A DNA stretch of 64,000 nucleotides from positions 124,001 to 188,000 of the forward strand of contig NMRA01000036.1 in assembly GCA_002633005.1 (NCBI GenBank). Reading direction: 5' to 3'. Shown piece after piece: positions 13,701 through 24,300 of the stretch. The notes under the pieces are model-generated. The model made no database searches, had not been told where the DNA came from, and saw nothing but the letters and a program-made list of their open reading frames with translations. Source of the stretch: Phoronis australis. Taxonomy: Eukaryota; Animalia; Phoronida. Position 1 is the first letter of the stretch. Every line of letters starts with the position of its first letter. Made by a program: the position numbers and the translations under genes.

Positions 13701-15308
13701 AATCTTAATTTTTATCACTTGTTTAAAGCTGCATTTCACAGTTTAGCTAGTTGAAAAAAAACTGTATTTGGCTTTTTATTCTCATAAAATCAGCCTCATA
13801 ATATTTCTCATCGTGATAGGATTCTATTTTGGTCACCAACAAGGACATCGAAACTACTCATGACTCAAGAAAATGCTTCAACGTTTATTGGGATTGGCCA
13901 ACCACAAACTTGAAAATTCAAAAGTGTTACTATAGTAACAGAAATGCAATCCTGTCACTGTAAGGAAAGTTATGGCATTGGTTTTATGTGAGTAAAAGAC
14001 TGAAGTGCAGCTTTAATGACTGACTTCCTTTTGGTTTGTAAAATCGCTCTGGGTAATTACTTAGGACCCTCAATTCTTCATCGTAGCTTCAATAGCGGAC
14101 TTTTCCTATTGGCGCTCTCTAGAGTAATGAAAGCGCGAAAGCAACTTCCGCTTGATCCCATCTCGGAGCAAAAACCGCTAAAGATTTTTTCTCAAAGCTG
14201 TGATTATCCACTAGACATTCTTGGAAAGGTACATACACACAACCTCCTTCCCAAATTATTTGAAAACATTCATGATTTCTGCATACAGTTCTGCATGCTC
14301 TTTTCATACTTGTTTTTCATGTACTCAACTCCATGACTAAAATTTCAGCCATTTCCTGCCTCTGCCGAATCAAATGTCGACTTCTCTAATCCGAATCCAG
14401 TTTCAAGTATGACCGAAACCACCAAATTATATCAAACCATTCTATACTGTTTTGTACACCTTTTACATATCTTTGGTTTTAATTCATGTATTATATAACG
14501 ACCAGTAAGTATGCAGTATTTTGTAAATTATTTGTATTCTTAGTACTTAGTTTTATCGTAGACAGTTTACATGTAATTTAGTTATCAGGTGGTCTTCATG
14601 CAAGCAGCCTCGAAGCCTCTGTGGGTCTCCTAGCCTTTGTACTATGGTTCTTTTAAGTATATGTATCAACTGTAAAAGTATCATGCCTAAAATAAACTAT
14701 TTATCTAATCTAGATCTATCCAAGGCATCTACGTCAAAAGAATGAGCACGGCTATGTGGTACAGTGACGAGCACTTCCCTCAGACTTGCTTTACTTTAAA
14801 CAAGATGGAATTTGAACTGGGCACCTTTCGAATGTCAATCCAGTGCTCCAATCCACTACACCAAAGACACAGTAGTAAAAAGAAAGCTCCTGATCAGCAC
14901 GAGTGAACCACACACCAACGCTCATATTCTTCAACGAATGCTATAACACACAATGACAGCCCGAAATATCATGCCATTGTTAATAACCTAGAGGTTGGTG
15001 TAAACAGACAAATGTATTTCTGACATGAAGTAAACATAACAATGAAATAACAAAGAATCAAAGCACAAAGCTTACGTAGTTTTGTTGCCTTGACGATGCC
15101 GTTCTGGCACTTTCACCTGTTCAGGCAGAATCAGTCGACCTTGGGCATAGAGTTGCTGGAGAGCTTCTAGTTTTTCAGGAGTCATTGACGCGGATGCATG
15201 AGGGAGCCATGTGTTAGTGACCATAGTGGCACCCTCAGGGAGGCTGAATCCTCCATGACCGTGTCCACTGCAAGGCTGTTCACCATGTGAATGACCATGA
15301 GAAAACAT
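1325..15308 (-). CDS. Ankyrin-repeat DHHC palmitoyltransferase, paralog A (ZDHHC13/17/Akr1-like architecture), 11 coding exons, ~711 aa
   Basis: Exons 15076-15308, 11496-11692, 10608-10745, 9067-9313, 8467-8599, 7300-7478, 5843-6088, 5262-5344, 4618-4719, 3109-3215, 1325-1795 join in frame (2136 nt). Ankyrin motifs (GQTPIHMAC, GNTAMHVAC), TM segments, DPG motif, CVKC...KHCKLCDRCVYEMDHHC. Confidence 0.9.
2241..2611. repeat. Intronic minisatellite, ~6 copies of a 63/57-bp unit
   Basis: Repeating aaaattagtgcaccatggtcagtgggtgacttgatatt... Confidence 0.95.
3109..3215 (-). CDS. Paralog A exon 10, first CxxC of the DHHC cysteine-rich domain
   Basis: GYVTESKQ...ALCVKCE; tttcag/GTAATA. Confidence 0.88.
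4618..4719 (-). CDS. Paralog A exon 9, TM segment and DPG motif
   Basis: VTFLEDGLFNVFIFVCLLPFSIYCFVTMVFGDP; GTAAGT donor. Confidence 0.85.
4720..5261 (-). other. U12-type (minor spliceosome) AT-AC intron
   Basis: 5' ATATCCTTT, branch-like TTCCTTAGC ending 9 nt before the terminal ...CCAC boundary; frame preserved. Confidence 0.85.
5262..5344 (-). CDS. Paralog A exon 8, TM segment, followed by AT-AC U12 intron
   Basis: 83 nt, FPSPSRLGGFVGGFLQ; followed by ATATCCTTT. Confidence 0.85.
5843..6088 (-). CDS. Paralog A exon 7, TM segments
   Basis: ttttgcag/GTAAGT; HRMSHVS parallels HRIEHVS in paralog B. Confidence 0.9.
6686..7251. mobile_element. Non-autonomous DNA transposon, TTAA-type target (Kolobok-like)
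   Basis: ttaa|AGGGGAAAG ... CTTTCCCCT|tgaa. Confidence 0.6.
7300..7478 (-). CDS. Paralog A exon 6, ankyrin repeats
   Basis: 179 nt; DANGNTAMHVAC. Confidence 0.9.
8467..8599 (-). CDS. Paralog A exon 5, ankyrin repeat
   Basis: 133 nt, same as paralog B exon 3; shared YL(C/H)EVCG. Confidence 0.92.
9067..9313 (-). CDS. Paralog A exon 4, ankyrin repeats
   Basis: 247 nt, same length and phase as paralog B exon 2. Confidence 0.92.
9452..9988. mobile_element. Foldback element/MITE with ~160-bp inverted arms
   Basis: 9452-9614 is the near-perfect reverse complement of 9829-9988. Confidence 0.85.
10608..10745 (-). CDS. Paralog A coding exon 3 (...AILTQKPEAVNEK)
   Basis: ttttag/GTATGT; end homologous to paralog B exon 1 (NNPDAVNQK). 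Confidence 0.85.
11496..11692 (-). CDS. Paralog A coding exon 2 (PVLPNAENSEFFEAIRQINRQQM...)
   Basis: ttttcag acceptor, GTTAGT donor, open frame, phases 2->1 bridge exons 1 and 3. Confidence 0.65.
13186..13250 (+). mobile_element. tRNA-derived SINE head
   Basis: B-box GGTTCGAATCC; no intact cloverleaf. Confidence 0.45.
13727..14012. mobile_element. MITE with TTAA target-site duplication (Kolobok-like)
   Basis: TTAA|AGCTGCATTTCA ... TGAAGTGCAGCT|TTAA. Confidence 0.65.
14801..14870 (-). mobile_element. tRNA-derived SINE head
   Basis: Reverse complement reads tggtgtagtgg (A box) ... agttcaaattcc (B box). Confidence 0.5.
15076..15308 (-). CDS. Paralog A coding exon 1 (His/Gly-rich N-terminus MFSHGHSHG)
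   Basis: ATG at 15308, donor GTAAG, phase 2 matches next exon. Confidence 0.75.
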
Positions 15309-16904
15309 TTTCAGATGTCTTCAATGCATTTCAATCCTGAAAGACCGAATATTCAATTGGGATGCAAAGGAGAGTTGATCGGACAGGCAACACTAAACCC
15401 TTAATGAATCCCCAGTCACTTAATAAATGGTCCCAAGGCATACAGTTTTCTACATTGAACAACGGCAACAAACTGGTTCTCAATATCCGATGCCCCGCTA
15501 AGTGACTATTGCTAGACACTTAGTCTCATTGGGCCACTTGATTACCCCAGTTAAGTTTAGTGCGACTGAGTGAGGGAGTTTGTACTAGCCCTGGATGGGA
15601 CTCTTTATATAATATATAGCTGCAGCTGCCGGTCAGTTCCTCCCTCAAATTACAATTTGTTAAACAAGAACTAGAAGGACAACTGGAAGAAGTTTTATGT
15701 CTCTCATTTATGCCCATAAGAGAACGAATGACATTACATGTACTCTCATGCCTAGGGGGCTTGATTTTGCAACTAAGATCACTGTCTTGAGTTATTTATC
15801 AGAAAAAAATCAATTTGTTACAGACCTTTCAAAGGTTAAAGATTGAAGTGGGTGATTGGGTCAGCCTAAGTTGTTCAGTCATACAAGGTCACAGGTGGAA
15901 GACTAGAGTCAGGCCACATCCTCCGCCCCTTATGGGCCGAGTGTTGACAAAGTGTCTGCCTTTACTCCAGTGATTGGAGCAAATGGTCATAAATGCATTT
16001 ATTATTATTAAGCAGAAGGCTATTAATGAAATCAACCAACTACAATATAAATACGATTACGAAAGCTAAGCTGCTGTGGTAACGACAAATGAATGAGGTT
16101 TAAACATTGCTCACAGCTAAAAATTTAAGAGAGCATTTCAACCACGACCTGTCATCTTGTTCACTCTGTTTGTCGACACTAGGTGGCGTATGTAGCCCGT
16201 TCTCGAAGCGTCTGCTATGTTGCAATGAGCCTAGCAATTGCTGGATTGTTCCAACTAGTTCCAAGAATTTACCAGCAATTGCTGGGCCCCCTGAAACCAA
16301 GCAGACAGACATTTCAGGAGAACACAGCGAATGCAACCCAATGGTCCAAACAGAATAAACACGATGGTGGGTCGTCACCAAAACGCAGAAATGTATAGAT
16401 TAAATAACAAATTTTAAAATTTAATTCAATTGAATTACTACTCGTCAGGAAATTACAACAACTTCTAGAGAGGTGCTTTCAGAAATATCAGATAAGGGCC
16501 GGGGTATCGATCACTGGTAGAACATTTTTGTCAGCCAAAGTGTGAGTTGTCTTCAGTGACACCTATTCAAAAGCCCAAGAATGTGTGTTTTTATTACATT
16601 AAGCAAGCTTTTCCAAAAAAATTAATTTCTTTTCTACTGCTGACAGTTGAAAATTAGAGTTTTTAAAACGGCCACTTGCAACGCTAAAAATGCATGAAAT
16701 TCATAGACAAAAAACATGCATAAATTTCTCAAATTATTGTCTGATTCTGATGATTCTTTTTTTAACTTGCACAACTAATTCTCTTTGCATATGAGATTCA
16801 GCTGGCAATTGGTAAATGGCCAAAAAAAATTATTTTAGTCCGTAACACACTCGACTCGCGAATATGTACCTTAATTGATTGTGATTTACCGGATAGCATT
16901 TACA

Positions 16905-17195
16905 GCGTCCTGCTCCAGTGAGTACTATAGCAACAAATTTGTGGTCAAAGCAAATTCTTCCCAAAAAGCCGCTGCGTATACTGTAAATGTGCTCCATGTG
17001 AGTCGGCATGGAATTATCCAATGAGTTACGGATGGACGGCAATTGCTGGTTATCACGGAAAGTTAAGAATGTCATGACATTCCGTGACACATCGGTAATT
17101 TCTGTGGAGCATGACTGACAGTACGCAGTGGCTTTTCGGGGAAATTTTTGTGCTTTGACCGTGAATTTGTTGTGAAATCGCTGGAGCAGGACACC
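16905..17195. repeat. Degenerate long inverted repeat between the paralogs
   Basis: 16905-16998 pairs with 17102-17195. Confidence 0.7.
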
Positions 17196-17430
17196 GTAAT
17201 TAATGGTATAATGCTATCAGAAGAAATGCACATGATTTGTTGAACCAGTTTAGTGTAAATTTATTGAGTTTTGCATTCGATATCGACGGCTGAAGTGAAG
17301 CACCCGGCCGTGGAATTCCTATTCCCGAGTGTCATACCTCGAAGTATATATAGTGTATTGGATTGGAGACGATCAGAAGCTGAGGACTCCTGTGCATACA
17401 GCTATAGCTAGCTGGCTAGGTCCAACAAGT

Positions 17431-17840
17431 CCTGGGCCCGGTCTCCAATCTTTTTACTCGAAATGGAACTCGAAATTAGGTTTGGCATTTTCTACTCTAC
17501 TTTTGGGCGAACTCAAGATAAGTGTCTATTATTCTACGCTCGAGTACACAATAACTTACGTAGATAATTTATTGCCCTTAGTTCACCAGTTTGTAAACCC
17601 AATATTAAAGCAATAAGTTCGAGTTTGAACTCGAAATTTCGAGTTTTTACTCGAGTTTGTAGCACAAATATAAGAGTCTTCAAGGGCAAACTTGAACTAG
17701 AAACTCCTATGCATAAACTATAATGTATTCGAGCACAGTCTAATAACCAATTATCTTAAGTTCGCACAAAAGGAGCAGAGAAATTGCCAAAAATAGTTTC
17801 GAGTTCGTTTCGAGTACAAAGATTAGAGACCGGGCCCAGG
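17431..17840. mobile_element. MITE family 1, copy 1
   Basis: TIR cctgggcccggtctccaatc (19/20 match); near-identical copy at 23071-23467. Confidence 0.85.
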
Positions 17841-18089
17841 GCCGCAGGGACAACAGCTTCAAGCTTGTACACGTTGGGCCAGAAAAAAACCTACTACATG
17901 TAGACGTACGAAAGTGCCTCACAGTTATATAATTCAAGAGCATTTAAAACACTAAACATATGTTTTGTCAACAACCACTTACGACCATGTACTCTTGTTA
18001 ACGTCCTTGACATGAACACACCATAGACATCACATCATGGTACACACTTTTTCCTTGTACTAGTGTTGGAATAACTATCCAAAAAGTGG

Positions 18090-18165
18090 GCAGTGATTGG
18101 CTAAATGTAAAGAATAACGACCAATCACAATTATTGTTCTACACCGATTGTCCGTAGGTGGCGCT
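18090..18165 (+). promoter_or_regulatory. Probable paralog B proximal promoter: inverted and direct CCAAT boxes, CTCF-like motif
   Basis: gattgg at ~18095, ccaatca at 18121, ccgtaggtggcgct at 18152, ~80-150 bp upstream of the ATG. Confidence 0.45.
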
Positions 18166-18242
18166 GAATTAAACATGGTTGCCTTGTTGCAATTGGCGAA
18201 TGTTGGTCTTCTTGTTTTGTGAACTTTTGTACATTTTTGGCC

Positions 18243-18354
18243 ATGCAAACCCCAGTTGGCGTTCTGTCTAACTTGCTGGAGGTAGTTAGCACTTGTGCAC
18301 CAGCGGTGGTGGATCAAGTTGTCAGAAATAATCCAGATGCAGTTAATCAAAAAG
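18243..18354 (+). CDS. Paralog B exon 1 (MQTPVGVLSNLLEVV...NPDAVNQK)
   Basis: gccATG context, phase-1 donor GTTTGT, homologous to paralog A exon 3. Confidence 0.8.
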
Positions 18355-21300
18355 GTTTGTTTCCACACACTGTCACTTACACTGTCACTGACTTAGCACT
18401 AGCCAGCCAGGTAGCTGTATGAAGACTGTCGTCAAAATACAGCTAGGTCCCACTGTGTGTATTTCTTCCATAGACCCCGAAATTGCACACAGCCTGGGTA
18501 GTTCTGCTCGTCACTGCGCCGTGAAACTAATCAACATGTAAAGCTAAAAACCGGACGGTGTGCATGCAAAATCTGGGAGTCAACCAACAATCACCTTTCC
18601 CGTTACACTGCGTTACAGCCGTTTAAGTGAAAAACAATGCAATAAACGTCATTTTCTAACAATGAAAAGTATTTCATCGTTTTGAAAACAGTACGCTCGT
18701 GTCACGCGCGCGCGCCATTTCCTAAATTTTTGCGACATCTCTCGGGTGTTGATGATAGCTTGGCAGCAGCAAAATTTCTTCTGAAATTCGATTTTTCGGT
18801 ATCAAAATTCTAAAAACTTATAATGAAGTGAAACCAGTTCTGATAATTTGTTGTGACGTGTACGCAAGCTCGTGAAATAACAACAGTTGATTGAAGAATC
18901 GGCGAAAAAAGAAACTGGCCAATAGGTGACGCAATATTTCATGGCGCCGAAAGCCGTCGCTAAAGATCGCTCCACAACTTTAGCAGCAGAATAACGGTAG
19001 AACGTCATTTTTGCCAACACCGTTAAATAATTTAGTTTATTCAAGGAAGACTGTAGTTTTTAATGACACCAATTTTGTGTCAGATTTTATCTTGCCACTT
19101 TTTTTACCCACATCGATGCAAAGCTGTATATTTATATACAGCTTTGTACTAAGGCTATGACTTAGCCAGCCACTGAGCCAGCTAGCTGTACACTTAAGTG
19201 TAGCCTACTTAATTATCGGACGGATCCTAAATATCGGACATTTCATAAAATCTTACTTGAAGCGTAATCTGAGAATTAAATGACACCAATTTTTGTTCCG
19301 CTGTAATGCATTCAATGTCCGGCTCCGTCTCGTTCGTTTACAGCGTTGCCTTGTTTTGATTTCACCGAGAGAGGGTATAATTTACTTATTTAGACCCCCA
19401 AGTTGGCCTAAAATGGAGGATCGCATAAATTGATTATAAAAGTTAAAAACAAAATCTTTTTCCACAATGAAGTCATCTCACTGAACTGACAATATGTCAC
19501 TGTTTCATTTTTTCATTTGCTTTTAAACTCAAGTGAAACCCCGGCCGCACACATGCGGGTGTCATATCAAGAAGACAAAGAGACACAAAAAACTGCATTG
19601 TGTTTGCACTTGCTTTAGTTGTCTGCACTGATTCATCGAAACGACTTGGATCGTCATCAGATTTCATTTTATGGATAACTGTTGCAAATGGAGCTGTGTT
19701 CTAGCAGCACATAACGCTAAACTAGTTGTGAGAGACCGTCCGGAGTTGGTATATGGTGCAACTCCGGACTATCTGGGGTCAACAAAAAAACCACAGTTCA
19801 ACTGTGAGTCTACACCAATGTGATAAATAAGAGTAGTTCTACTTGCTGTGTCAGCTTTAGGTATGCTTATCTCTTTTATGACACACAATGTGTGACTGGG
19901 CAAAGCGTTTTCAAAATAATGTGGATAAATCAGTGGAGTGTGAGACCCCTCAGGTCCCTGTCAAGTCTTCACGGCAATTCTACGTTATGATGTATGCCAA
20001 AACACTGGAGCTGAAATTTGGCAACAAGGTGCCCATGGCCATTACTTGGTTAGTCAGTTTTCTGCGTTGTGGCGTATGGGGAAATATGGTGTCCTATATT
20101 TAGCCGTAAGGTTCTCCGAAGGTTTGCTAGTTGTGTTTTTTAGAGAACATAAATGGGGCTTTCGGTGACAAGATATAGTAACAGAACAATTCTGTAAAGG
20201 TAAGTCTTTATTTCAGCAAAGAATTTACAATCATCCGTAATATTTTCAATTAAATATAATGCAAAATGTGCCAAAATGTCCGATAATTAGGTCACTTGAT
20301 TGTATGAAGACTATCGTCAAAATACAGCGAGGTACCACTGTGTGTTTTTCTTCCATAGACCCTGAAACTGCACACAACCAGGGTAGTTCTGCTCGTCAAC
20401 TCGCCATGAAACCTGTATTAACGTGTAGAACTAAAGACTGGACGGGGTGCATGCAAAATCTTGGAATCAAACAACACTCACCTTGACTGTTGCAGCTGTT
20501 AAAAGTGGAAAACAATCTAAAAAACGTCATTTTCTTGCATAATCCTCTGCCTTTTCTAACAACGAAAAGTTATGCGTCATTTTGAAAACACGCGCACGCA
20601 CCATTTCCTAAATTTTTGCGACATCTCTCAGGAGATGAGGATAGCTTGGCAGCAGCAAAATTTATTCTAAAATTCGTTTTTTCGGTATCAAAATTCTAAA
20701 AACGTGTAACTAAATGAAATCAGTTCTGATAATTTGTTGTGACATCTAAGCAACTTCGCAGAAGAAGAACACTTGATTGAAGAATCGGCGAAAAAAGAAA
20801 CTGGCCAATAGGTGACGCAATATTTCATGGCGCCAAAAGCTATCGCTAAAGATCGCTCCACAACTTTAGCAGCAGAATAACAGTAGAACGCCATTTTTTC
20901 CAACACCGTTACATAATTTAGTTTATTCAAGGAAGACTGTAGTTTTTAATGACACTAATTTTGTGTCAGATTTTATCTTACCATTTTTACCCACATCGGC
21001 ACAAAGCTGTATATTTAGTATACAGCTTTGTACCTAGGCTATCACGGACTATACCTTATGGGATGGGCACTGGTCGGATATAACGCCATAGTGGTCCTTT
21101 ATTTAGGGAACTAGGCAAACAATGAATAGCGGGCCCGTTACTTAGTGGATGAAACTGGTTCTCTAAATCTGAGACTGCTATATCAGACCAGTGCCCCCTG
21201 ATGATGGTTTAGAGAATCAGAAATACATCTTTATTTTAACACGTGCATTCACAAATACAAACATTAGCCTAAGGCTAGTCAGATGAAGTATCTACTGAAT

Positions 21301-24300
21301 AAGTGTGATGTGATGTGTTGGTTTGCAGGGTTTGACTAATCACTAATCGTCACATAATGGAGGTGCCAGGTTATGGGTGGCCATTTATGGAAAAAACATC
21401 AAATTGTCTCTTTTCTACTGGCTTGGATTTTCAGGCTGCACATCCCGTCACTTAAATACTGGCTGGAGTACCCCCCCTTGAAATACTCCAGTGTTTGTAT
21501 GTACATACATACTATGTACGTAAATTATTTAAAATAGAGCTTCTTTTTTGTGAAGAGTTGTGACTCTTGATTAATAGCAAATTCACAGTGCAACAGCATT
21601 CAAATTTGGTCCTAGATAATCAGATAAAGCACTTGAGGACTGTAAGACAGATTTCATTTACTAAATTACATGCGAAGTGGTCTGGAACTAGCTTACCGAC
21701 TGTAATGTGCAAGTAGTTATGCAAAACTAACTCTCAAACTTATATGTACCAAACCTACTGACAAAGAATCTCAGCCCCCTGTAATCTATGTCAAACTTTG
21801 GTCTTCCTTGTCTTCCATTTTGAATAACATCAAGTGGATCATGTGCAATATCAGGGCAGGTGTTCAGACCAGCAGTATCACTGTGAAAATGGTCACTTGC
21901 ATGAAGGAGTGTAGTGCAATAAACTTGCTTGCATCCCTCGAAAGATTGGCTGCGCATGACAAGGCTACATCTTCTGTCCCTGGAACATCCAAGATTCTCC
22001 AAATTAAATGCTCCAACCTATACAGGAATCCCCCGTCGAAGTGTTGTGTTTCTTGAAACTTCTTAAAGTTTCCATTTCAAGAGGATCTAGTCTTGTCGCC
22101 AACTTCTCCAGCGTGAAGTTATCATCAAAGAGCATTATATGCTTACTCTTGCTTATGCGCATGTGCAATATATTAGTTGTGTCATTAGGCTGCCAGAATT
22201 GACAAAACAGAATCGACGAAACTGGATTAAATTCATAAAACGGGATTGAATTCACAACGCGATAGGATAGACAAAACAGGGATGATTTAAAAACAGCATT
22301 GAATTCACAAAACAGGTTAGAATAAACAAAACAGCATTGAGTTCACGATATGGAATCAACAAATATGGATTGAATTAATGCCCAAGATAGGATTGAATTG
22401 TCGTACAATTGGCATTGAGTTTATTAAATGGAGTTTAACATTCAATTTGATGTTTTTTTTTGCAGAAGTGGCCCCCCATTGCAGATGAAATCACATACAT
22501 TAAAATGCCTCCATCTTCCTTAAATTTTATCAAGCTGACTGAACACTGAATTACTTGTCACTACTCTGCTAGCACCATCTAGTGTGAACCATCCATACTA
22601 GGTCATTCAAATTGTCCCATAGATTTGAGGCTTTGTTGGTTAATTGATCCATGAACATGTTTTTCTATTTTTTCCTGGTGACTGAACATCAAAACAGCTA
22701 GTGAATATTGCAGTTTGCATAAACAGTTGACAATTTAAGCTTTTTCTGTTCACCAAAGCTCATTTTGCAATCCTTTCACAACAAAACCTACATCAAAATG
22801 TATTACGTCCAACCGTGTGTACGTTTATTTAACTCTAACTTTCGAATGACACCTCTCTGCCCATTTTATTCTATTCAAACACAGTCTGATGAGCATTTCA
22901 TAAATCTCACATCACTCTCGCATGTTTGTAACAATAAAGCAATCAAACATTGGTTTCAAAACAGTATCCGCATGCCAGTTGCTTATTATTGTTTGGTTAA
23001 TAAAGTGGCATCAGAGTGTTGATACAAAGTTTTGAAGGTCATGTACTTTTGATGTCCTCAAGTAGGGTTTCTGGGCCCGGTCTCCAATCTTTTTAATCGA
23101 AATGGAACTCGAAATTAGGTTTGGCATTTTCTACTCTACTTTTGGGTGAAATCAAGATAAGTGTGTATTATTCTATGCTCGATTACATAATAATAATTTA
23201 TTGCCCTTAGTTCACAGTTTGTAAACCCAATATTAACGCAATAAGTTCGAGTTTGAACTCGAAATTTCGAGTTTTTACTCGAGTTTGTAGCATGAATATA
23301 AGGGTCTTCAAGGGCAAACTTGAACTAGAAACTCCTATGCATAAACTATAATGTATTCGAGCATAGTCTGATAACCAATTATCTTAAGTTCGCACAAAAG
23401 GAGCAGAGAAATTGCCATAAATAGTTTCGAGTTTGTTTCGAGTACAAAAATTAGAGACCGGGCCCTGGTCTAAAAGTCATTTAGATTAATGTGTTAATCA
23501 GAATTGAAATCACCTTACCTATGCAAACTGCAACCCTTTGTTTTTGTAATATGGTGGAATGGCAGAGCTAATTACACAAGAGAAAACAATGGACCAAATG
23601 GAGTTCATTGATTGTTTCAAAGGGAAGGCTCATTGCCACCGACGCGATTATTCTTGTATAAGTTTGAGATTTTGGTTTAACCTAAGTAGTGCTGTGTAGG
23701 TCTTTAAACTCATGGCACTGTTGGCATTATTTCTCTATTACAGGATGGAATGGCTTCACACCTCTCCACAAAGCGTGCTTACGTGGCGATATAAACATTG
23801 TTCGAATCCTCTTGGTATTCGGCGCAGATCCAAATTCCAGAAACAACAACGAAGAAACTGCTTTCATGTACGCATGCAAGCGGGGAAATCCAGACATCAT
23901 GCATGCCTTGCTGGATAAGGGAGCTGATTTGGGAGCCGTTGACAATCTGGGCCGGGGAGCTATGCATCACTCTGCTCATGGTGGAAATGTGTGAGTTTTG
24001 GAGCCAAATATGAACGGGTGAAACTGCTGTTTTNGGGGGGGGGCGAATGGCAAGAGATTGGCTCAGTAGATTCTGTTTTACTGAAGTTGAAAATAAATCC
24101 AAGTGTTTACATTTGTTATTATTCAGTGTTTCTTTGAAGAAATCTTGTGAGGTTTACTAATTTTTTAATTGGATTAAGTGGCTTGTTTTCCAAAGATATA
24201 ACCTAAAAATCGCCTCACTGTTTTTGTTATACTTGCAACTACCATTACATTGATCAATAGCTTTGTCAATTATAATAATGGCTAACAAACAATTTGGTTT

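Noticed and set aside
16100-16398. Overlapping 71-93 aa ORFs between the paralogs as a small third gene
   Set aside because: No recognisable domain, non-ATG starts and no supporting exon chain.
18802-20930. Duplicated 80-aa ORF (MNKLNY...) as a small paralogous gene pair
   Set aside because: Both lie in the tandem repeat unit and start at TTG; similarity just reflects the DNA repeat.
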